DNA from: a virus
Lineage: Duplodnaviria > Heunggongvirae > Uroviricota > Caudoviricetes
Virus record (IMG/VR): IMGVR_UViG_2529293146_000007
Span: 1-4,168 of that record
Reading direction: 5' to 3' (one strand)
Length of the DNA: 4,168 nt
Below are positions 1 through 4,168 of this stretch, piece by piece; position 1 is the stretch's first letter, and every line of letters begins with the position of its first letter. The translations under genes were made by a program, and so were the position numbers. The notes below the pieces were generated by a model that was not told the DNA's origin, searched no databases, and saw nothing but the letters and a program-made list of their open reading frames with translations.

Positions 1-1
1 C

Positions 2-112
2 ATGGAAAAGGCTTACGAAGAATACTTCGAAGGTCTTGCCGAAGGCGAAGAAGCTCTCAGCTTCAACGAATTTAAACAGGCGCTTTCCAGTTCCGCAAAA
101 TCTAACGGCTGA
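2..112 (+). CDS. Small ORF, possibly 5'-truncated by the window edge (…MEKAYEEYFEGLAEGEEALSFNEFKQALSSSAKSNG*); possibly YdfB-like
   Basis: ATG at 2-4 and an open frame to TGA at 110-112, hand-translated; it is absent from the supplied ORF track, presumably because it is short or truncated. The frame could continue upstream of the window. Same strand as the downstream operon and 30 bp from it. The YdfB assignment rests only on position in the operon and memory. Confidence 0.4.
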   Translation: MEKAYEEYFEGLAEGEEALSFNEFKQALSSSAKSNG

Positions 113-141
113 TAAGCGAAACAGCACCGCGAGGAATCAGT

Positions 142-360
142 ATGCAGAAACGAGAACCCGTCATCATCGCACAAGACTATACCGATGATGAACTTTATGA
201 GTGGATGCGCCAGAAAATTAATGCAGCGCAGGATCTGAAATGGGCCAATGAAGCCAGGGCTAAGCAGGCTGAAAATCTGTCCGCTCTGGAGCAGGATATC
301 ACCAGGCTGGAAAAAGCAGCGGCATTAAGCATTGCCAGAATGATTACATACCCACGTTAA
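142..360 (+). CDS. ydfC: YdfC-like small prophage protein, 72 aa
   Basis: ATG at 142 preceded by GAGGA (131-135) with a 6-nt spacer; stop TAA at 358-360. Length and position upstream of dicF/dicB match my recollection of Qin YdfC (72 aa); the name is from memory and synteny, not a search. Confidence 0.75.
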   Translation: MQKREPVIIAQDYTDDELYEWMRQKINAAQDLKWANEARAKQAENLSALEQDITRLEKAAALSIARMITYPR

Positions 361-382
361 TAGCTAACCAACGAGGCTAATA

Positions 383-757
383 ATGGAATTTAAAGATTTA
401 CCAATGCAATTCCAGGAAATGGCAGCGAATATAGTTCGTTCCCAACTGGCGACTCTTGACCTGAGTACCGTAGAAAAAGAAACCATCTATACTATATCCG
501 GTAACGTGCGTCGTGCCTTTATCGGTCTGTACGAAGAGAAGCAGCTCTCTGATAACCAGGATTTACATAAAAAATACTTCCTGGATCTAATGGACATCAT
601 TGATAAGGGGTTTGGCTTGTTAATGAAAAAGAAAGGGATTCGAATAGACCCCCTTGAAAATTACTTTGCAACAAAAAGCGTTAACTCCTGTGATTTAAAG
701 CATCCCGCCACAGACGGGAGTGTTACAGTTAGCCATGAGATTTCGATTAATCATTAA
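383..757 (+). CDS. Hypothetical protein, 124 aa, no recognisable motif
   Basis: ATG at 383 preceded by GAGG (373-376) with a 6-nt spacer; stop TAA at 755-757. Hand counts on two 60-nt blocks (541-600, 601-660) give about 37-38 % GC, against about 58 % in the leader block 1141-1200. I do not recall an ORF at this position in the K-12 dicB operon. Confidence 0.7.
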   Translation: MEFKDLPMQFQEMAANIVRSQLATLDLSTVEKETIYTISGNVRRAFIGLYEEKQLSDNQDLHKKYFLDLMDIIDKGFGLLMKKKGIRIDPLENYFATKSVNSCDLKHPATDGSVTVSHEISINH

Positions 758-968
758 AATCAATAGCTATTTCAATAAGTGATGCCATCTCGTTGCATTT
801 TGTTGAATTCATCTTACGTAATGAGTCACAAATATCTGATGGTTGTGATGCTGCTGGCAACTTAGCAACAAGTAGCATAATTGCTGTTTTTATAGCAGTG
901 AGTTCATCCGCAAGTCCGGCAGGAGAAACATCGTGGTTAAACTGGATATTTACATTTTTACTAGTCAT
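747..968 (-). CDS. Hypothetical protein, 73 aa (MTSKNVNIQFNHDVSPAGLADELTAIKTAIMLLVAKLPAASQPSDICDSLRKMNSTKCNEMASLIEIAIDFND), convergent with the 124-aa ORF
   Basis: Minus-strand ATG at 968-966, preceded on that strand by cAGGAtGG with a 7-nt spacer (reverse complement of 969-985); stop at 749-747. Its 3' end overlaps the 124-aa ORF by 11 bp (747-757). The track's 184-aa ORF (747-1301) is this gene plus an unsupported N-terminal read-through of the GC-rich leader. A fully overlapping + strand ORF (793-981) is an alternative. Confidence 0.45.
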   Translation of the reverse strand: MTSKNVNIQFNHDVSPAGLADELTAIKTAIMLLVAKLPAASQPSDICDSLRKMNSTKCNEMASLIEIAIDFND

Positions 969-1302
969 TTCACCATCCTGAGGGTTGGTACTTAAGGAGT
1001 TCTCCACGGGTGAGGTGGAGTGCGTGCGCCGGACACGGGTGAGCATCCGGTACTGACAGTTTACTGAAAGGATATTTCTCTGAAAAGTCAGAGCATAACG
1101 CGAAAGCGCACGGCGAGGTTGCTGGTTCATAGATAGCCTGTCGTTAAATTTTCGTCGACCGTGCGCTTCCGGTTGTGGCAATCCGCGAAATGGCGCGGCG
1201 GTAAGTATGGCGGGGTTATTCCTTCCCCGTTGAGGACACCGGGTTGTCAGGTTGACCATACGCTTAAGTGACAACCCCGCTGCAACGCCCTCTGTTATCA
1301 AT
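969..1302. promoter_or_regulatory. GC-rich structured untranslated region upstream of DicF; likely holds the promoter and 5' UTR of the minus-strand 73-aa gene and processing structures of the DicF precursor
   Basis: No credible ORF on either strand. Perfect 10-bp direct repeat cacgggtgag at 1005-1014 and 1034-1043. Perfect stems: 1029-1033/1046-1050 (ccgga/tccgg), 1104-1113/1159-1168 (aagcgcacgg/ccgtgcgctt), 1211-1215/1225-1229 (cgggg/ccccg), 1241-1249/1269-1277 (gggttgtca/tgacaaccc). Confidence 0.35.
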
Positions 1303-1355
1303 TTTCTGGTGGCGTTTAGCGGTATCAGTTTTACTCCGTGACTGCTCTGCCGCCC
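1303..1355 (+). ncRNA. dicF: DicF small regulatory RNA (Hfq-dependent sRNA known to repress ftsZ and other targets)
   Basis: The 53-nt stretch tttctggtggcgtttagcggtatcagttttactccgtgactgctctgccgccc, followed by TTTTT, matches my recollection of K-12 DicF, with an apparent difference or two in the 5' third. It sits about 170 bp upstream of dicB, as in Qin. Identification is from memory, not a covariance-model search. Confidence 0.8.
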
Positions 1356-1360
1356 TTTTT
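1319..1360 (+). terminator. Intrinsic terminator forming the DicF 3' end
   Basis: Imperfect hairpin: gcgg (1319-1322) pairs with ccgc (1350-1353) and cagt (1326-1329) with actg (1341-1344), followed by T5 at 1356-1360. Hand-folded only. Confidence 0.5.
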
Positions 1361-1364
1361 AAAG

Positions 1365-1512
1365 TGAATTTTGTGATGCGGTGAATGCGGCTAAGCGCAC
1401 GCGGAACAGTTAAAACCAAAAACAGTGTTATGGGTGGGTTCTCTGTATCCGGCGTTAATTGTTAACTGGTTAACGTCACCTGGAGGCACCAGGCACCGCA
1501 TCACAAAATTCA
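1365..1512 (+). repeat. Perfect 19-bp inverted repeat bracketing the dicF-dicB spacer: arms 1365-1383 and 1494-1512, 110-nt loop
   Basis: Left arm tgaattttgtgatgcggtg is the exact reverse complement of right arm caccgcatcacaaaattca. The right arm ends 5 nt before the dicB Shine-Dalgarno (gagga, 1518-1522). The loop contains three gttaa units (1454-1458, 1461-1465, 1469-1473) and tandem ggcacc (1485-1490, 1492-1497). Confidence 0.9.
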
Positions 1513-1529
1513 TTGTTGAGGACGCGATA

Positions 1530-1718
1530 ATGGAAACGTTATTACCAAACGTTAATACGTCTGAAGGTTGTTTTGAAATTGGTGTCACTATCAGTAACTC
1601 AGTATTTACTGAAGATGCCATTAACAAGAGAAAACAAGAAGGGGAGCTATTAAATAAAATATGCATTGTTTCAATGCTGGCTCGTTTACGTCTGATGCCA
1701 AAAGGATGTGCACAATGA
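1530..1718 (+). CDS. dicB: DicB cell-division inhibitor (MinC-dependent FtsZ-ring inhibitor), 62 aa
   Basis: Protein METLLPNVNTSEGCFEIGVTISNSVFTEDAINKRKQEGELLNKICIVSMLARLRLMPKGCAQ is near-identical to my recollection of K-12 DicB. ATG at 1530 with GAGGA (1518-1522) and a 7-nt spacer; stop TGA at 1716-1718. The track ORF 1425-1718 is an upstream in-frame extension with no supported start. Confidence 0.9.
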   Translation: METLLPNVNTSEGCFEIGVTISNSVFTEDAINKRKQEGELLNKICIVSMLARLRLMPKGCAQ

Positions 1719-1906
1719 ATTCAGCATTTGCGCTTGTTCTGACAGTTTATCTTGTTTCCGGAGAGCCAGTTGATATTGCAGTCAGTGTTCACAGGACAAT
1801 GCAGGAATGTATGACTGCAGCAACCGAACAGAAAATTCCCGGTAACTGTTACCCGGTCGATAAAGTTATTCACCAGGATAATAACGAAATCCCGGCAGGT
1901 CTTTAA
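1715..1906 (+). CDS. ydfD: YdfD-like small protein (DUF1482-type prophage protein), 63 aa
   Basis: Protein MNSAFALVLTVYLVSGEPVDIAVSVHRTMQECMTAATEQKIPGNCYPVDKVIHQDNNEIPAGL matches my recollection of K-12 YdfD. ATG at 1715-1717 overlaps the dicB stop (ATGA, 1715-1718); aagga at 1702-1706. Confidence 0.9.
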   Translation: MNSAFALVLTVYLVSGEPVDIAVSVHRTMQECMTAATEQKIPGNCYPVDKVIHQDNNEIPAGL

Positions 1907-1998
1907 AACAGTTCCGTAATAAACATCCGCTTTCATTCTTATATGCCAGCAATGGCAGGGATTTGTTCACCCTTAAATCTGTAATGAGGTAAAACAAA

Positions 1999-3003
1999 AT
2001 GAGTAAAGTCTTTATTTGCGCCGCCATTCCGGACGAACAGGCAATAAAGGAAGAAGGTGCTGTGGCTGTAGCCACAGCCATTGAAGCTGGCGACGAACGC
2101 CGTGCTCGAGCAAAATTTCACTGGCAATTCCTGGAGCATTATCCGGCTGCTCAGGACTGCGCTTATAAATTTCTTGTTTGCGAGGATAAACCTGGTATAC
2201 CCCGCCCTGCCCTCGATTCCTGGGATGCTGAATATATGCAGGAAAACCGCTGGGATGAGGATTCTGCTTCTTTTGTTCCGGTTGAGACTGAATCCGATCC
2301 GATGAACGTCACTTTTGACAAGCTGGCCCCTGAAGTACAGAACGCTGTCATGGTTAAGTTCGACACATGTGAAAACATCACCGTTGATATGGTTATTAGC
2401 GCGCAGGAATTGTTGCAGGAAGACATGGCAACATTCGACGGACATATCGTTGAAGCGTTGATGAAAATGCCAGAAGTTAACGCCATGTATCCGGAGCTTA
2501 AGTTGCATGCCATTGGGTGGGTTAAGCATAAATGTATTCCTGGTGCTAAATGGCCCGAAATTCAGGCAGAGATGCGCATCTGGAAAAAACGTCGCGAAGG
2601 TGAACGCAAGGAAACCGGAAAATACACGTCTGTTGTTGATCTCGCCCGCGCCAGAGTCAATCGACAGTACACTGAAAATTCAGCAGGAAATATCTGCCCT
2701 GTCATTGCTGTCATTCATCGCGAATACAAGCAGACATGGAAAACACTGGATGACGAACTGGCCTACGCTCTCTGGCCTGGTGATGTGGGTGCCGGAAACA
2801 TTGACGGCAGCATCCATCGCTGGGCAAAAAATGAAGTTATCGACAACGACCGCGAAGACTGGAAGCGTATCTCGGCATCGATGCGCAAACAGCCTGATGC
2901 CCTTCGCTACGACCGCCAGACTATTTTTGGCCTTGTCCGTGGGCGTCCGATCGACATTCACAAAGATCCTGTGGCACTGAACAAATATATTGCGAATACC
3001 TGA
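1999..3003 (+). CDS. ydfE: Conserved prophage protein of unknown function, 334 aa; YdfE-like by position
   Basis: Long uninterrupted ORF; ATG at 1999 with GAGG (1986-1989) and a 9-nt spacer; stop TGA at 3001-3003. It lies immediately downstream of ydfD, as ydfE does in Qin. The name is by synteny and memory only; all overlapping track ORFs are shorter and out of frame or antisense. Confidence 0.8.
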   Translation: MSKVFICAAIPDEQAIKEEGAVAVATAIEAGDERRARAKFHWQFLEHYPAAQDCAYKFLVCEDKPGIPRPALDSWDAEYMQENRWDEDSASFVPVETESDPMNVTFDKLAPEVQNAVMVKFDTCENITVDMVISAQELLQEDMATFDGHIVEALMKMPEVNAMYPELKLHAIGWVKHKCIPGAKWPEIQAEMRIWKKRREGERKETGKYTSVVDLARARVNRQYTENSAGNICPVIAVIHREYKQTWKTLDDELAYALWPGDVGAGNIDGSIHRWAKNEVIDNDREDWKRISASMRKQPDALRYDRQTIFGLVRGRPIDIHKDPVALNKYIANT

Positions 3004-3023
3004 CTACAAAGGGCGTGTTTGAG

Positions 3024-3368
3024 ATGAAGGAACAGATCTGGGCGCTGTTGATGTTCTCTCGTCGTCAGTACCAGAAACTGATGCAGTGGAAACGGGTATC
3101 TGATATCGCAAAAACTGAATGCGCGGTGGAAGTTGAACCATCTGTAGAGCGTGAGGGGCCGTTCTATTTCCTCTTCGCCGATAAGGATGGCGAAAAATAC
3201 GGTCGCGCAAACAAACTTTCTGGTCTGGATAAGGCGCTGGCTGCTGGGGCTACTGAAATCACGAAAGAAGAATATTTTGCCCGCAAAAATGGTACATACT
3301 CGGGTTTACCGCAAAATGTTGGTGCCTCTGAAGACCGCACAGCCAGAGCCGGTAAAAGTTACCGCTGA
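3024..3368 (+). CDS. Hypothetical protein, about 114 aa; C-terminal boundary doubtful
   Basis: ATG at 3024 (the track starts at GTG 3015), 21 nt after the upstream stop. The last ~25 codons overlap a stretch where frame 1 reads more protein-like, including a QPEPV motif at 3340-3354. Confidence 0.5.
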   Translation: MKEQIWALLMFSRRQYQKLMQWKRVSDIAKTECAVEVEPSVEREGPFYFLFADKDGEKYGRANKLSGLDKALAAGATEITKEEYFARKNGTYSGLPQNVGASEDRTARAGKSYR

Positions 3369-3693
3369 CGAAGTAAACAAAATTATGCAGGCAGCCAATA
3401 TCAGCCAGCCTGACGCCGATAAGTGCTTGCTGTATCACGTGGTGAATTTGTTGAAGGGATTAGTGACCCGAATGATCCGAAATGGGTTAAGGGGATCCAG
3501 ACCCGCGATTCTGTGAACCAGAACCAGCATGAATCGGAACGGAACTACCAGAAAGCGGAACAAAACAGCCAAATGCGTTACAAAACGAGCCAGAAACGAA
3601 ACAGCCTGAACCAGTGGTGCAACAGGAAGTGGAAAAATCTGCACCGCTTGCGGTCAGAGCGGTGGCGGCAACTGCCCTGATTGTGGTGCGGTG
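3289..3693 (+). other. Frame-mosaic, repeat-rich region; best guess a frameshifted or decaying gene, possibly continuous with flanking ORFs, or alternatively overlapping small genes
   Basis: By eye, the frame with common E. coli codons changes: frame 1 (about 3289-3445), frame 0 (about 3423-3560), frame 2 (about 3560-3640), then frame 1 again (3610-3918). No frame is open throughout. Each apparent junction sits at a short homopolymer (A5 3285-3289, T3 3447-3449, A4 near 3561, A5 3633-3637). Candidate standalone ORFs are frame 1 3289/3316/3385-3516 and frame 0 GTG 3423-3680, none with a good Shine-Dalgarno. Confidence 0.3.
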
Positions 3694-3918
3694 ATGGGTG
3701 ACGCAACATACCAGGAAATATTCGATGGAGAGTATCAGGTTGAAGTTCAGGAAGATGATCCGGAGGAAATGGAAGGCGCTGCGCATCCGCACAAGGAGAA
3801 CACTGGCGGCAATCAGCATCATGCTAGCGATAGTGAAACTGGCGAGGCGTCAGATCCCTTAATTAAGGTGAACGGTCATCATGATCTCACATCCACCAGC
3901 AGGGCGGTGATCATCTGA
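3694..3918 (+). CDS. Small acidic protein, 74 aa from ATG 3694; possibly the C-terminal part of a longer frameshifted protein
   Basis: Frame 1 is open from 3610 to the stop at 3916-3918 with good codon usage. The first ATG is 3694 (GTG at 3691) with a weak Shine-Dalgarno. The stop overlaps the exonuclease ATG (TGATG, 3916-3920). A CxxC-x7-CxxC motif lies in frame just upstream of the ATG (3640-3684). Confidence 0.45.
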   Translation: MGDATYQEIFDGEYQVEVQEDDPEEMEGAAHPHKENTGGNQHHASDSETGEASDPLIKVNGHHDLTSTSRAVII

Positions 3919-4168
3919 TGATCGACCTTGAAACCATGGGAAAAAATCCTGATGCCCCGATTATCTCAATAGGTGCAATATTTTTCGATCCGCAAACCGG
4001 AGATATGGGACCGGAATTTAGTAAGACTATCGATCTGGAAACTGCTGGCGGAGTCATTGATCGGGACACCATTAAATGGTGGCTTAAGCAATCACGCGAA
4101 GCGCAATCTGCCATTATGACCGATGAAATCCCGTTAGATGATGCACTGTTACAATTGCGGGAATTTAT
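3918..4168 (+). CDS. DnaQ-like DEDD-family 3'-5' exonuclease, N-terminal 83 codons; 3' end outside window
   Basis: ATG at 3918, open to the window end. The N-terminus MIDLETMG carries the Exo I D-x-E motif typical of DnaQ/ExoX-type exonucleases common in lambdoid early operons. The start is coupled to the upstream stop. Confidence 0.85.
   Translation, partial: MIDLETMGKNPDAPIISIGAIFFDPQTGDMGPEFSKTIDLETAGGVIDRDTIKWWLKQSREAQSAIMTDEIPLDDALLQLREF

Noticed and set aside
116-1119. Near-repeat gcgaaacagcaccgcgagga (116-135) versus gcgaaagcgcacggcgaggt (1100-1119), considered as possible insertion-boundary direct repeats
   Set aside because: Only 16 of 20 positions match; by a rough estimate a few such matches are expected by chance in a window this size, so it is not evidence of a duplication.
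969-1301. N-terminal 111 codons of the 184-aa minus-strand track ORF (747-1301)
   Set aside because: It reads through the GC-rich structured leader with implausible composition (R/P/G-rich: RCPQRGRNNPAILTAAPFRGLPQPEAHGRRK) and no start signal, whereas an internal ATG at 968 has a good Shine-Dalgarno. Only the C-terminal 73 aa are retained as a gene.
969-1360. Retron-like or other reverse-transcriptase-associated structured ncRNA in the GC-rich leader
   Set aside because: No reverse transcriptase or effector ORF nearby, and the 3' portion is explained by DicF and its precursor leader.
1365-1512. 19-bp inverted repeat as a CRISPR repeat or IS terminal repeat
   Set aside because: It is a single inverted pair, not an array of direct repeats, and there is no transposase ORF; a MITE remains possible but an RNA stem is the simpler reading (kept as a finding).
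1425-1529. Upstream extension of the dicB ORF (track ORF 1425-1718, 97 aa)
   Set aside because: It begins at a GTG with no Shine-Dalgarno inside the inverted-repeat spacer; DicB homology starts at the ATG at 1530, which has a GAGGA site.
1661-1714. Upstream extension of ydfD (track ORF 1661-1906, 81 aa)
   Set aside because: The extension lies inside dicB in another frame; YdfD homology and the coupled ATGA start are at 1715.
1944-1957. Small hairpin tgcca-gcaa-tggca in the ydfD-ydfE spacer as a terminator
   Set aside because: Only a 5-bp stem with no following T-tract; the spacer more likely just carries the ribosome-binding site of the downstream gene.
1391-2081. Minus-strand track ORFs 1391-1666, 1721-1936 and 1866-2081
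   Set aside because: They are antisense to dicB, ydfD and the intergenic region, with Cys- and Asn-rich low-plausibility translations and no start signals; shadow ORFs of the + strand genes.
1939-2980. ORFs overlapping the 334-aa gene: minus 1939-2529, 2163-2513, 2680-2961; plus 2081-2305 and 2507-2980
   Set aside because: All are out-of-frame or antisense overlaps of a long, well-supported + strand gene; compositions are atypical (Ser/Cys/Thr-rich) and none has a convincing start context.
3004-4114. Minus-strand track ORFs 3004-3210, 3435-3644, 3487-3822 and 3911-4114
   Set aside because: Antisense to the + strand operon genes and the exonuclease, with low-complexity translations and no Shine-Dalgarno; treated as shadow ORFs.

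Overview
This window reads as part of the early dicB-type operon of a Qin-like or lambdoid cryptic prophage from an Escherichia/Shigella-type genome; every credible gene but one is on the + strand. In order: the 3' end of a small ORF (2-112), a 72-aa YdfC-like ORF (142-360), an AT-rich segment holding a 124-aa ORF (383-757) and a convergent, 3'-overlapping 73-aa ORF on the minus strand (747-968), a GC-rich structured untranslated leader (969-1302), the DicF sRNA (1303-1355) with its terminator, a spacer bracketed by a perfect 19-bp inverted repeat (1365-1383 / 1494-1512), dicB (1530-1718), ydfD (1715-1906), a 334-aa YdfE-like protein (1999-3003), a roughly 114-aa ORF (3024-3368), a repeat-rich region where the coding frame seems to change several times (about 3289-3693), a 74-aa acidic ORF (3694-3918), and the 5' part of a DnaQ-like (DEDD) 3'-5' exonuclease (3918 to window end). 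Gene names come from my memory of the E. coli K-12 Qin dicB operon and were not checked by any search. The two things most worth a second look are the AT-rich convergent gene pair that appears inserted between ydfC and dicF, and the frame-mosaic region upstream of the exonuclease, which carries an untranslatable CxxC-x7-CxxC motif. No CRISPR array, tRNA, rRNA, IS element or integrase is visible.
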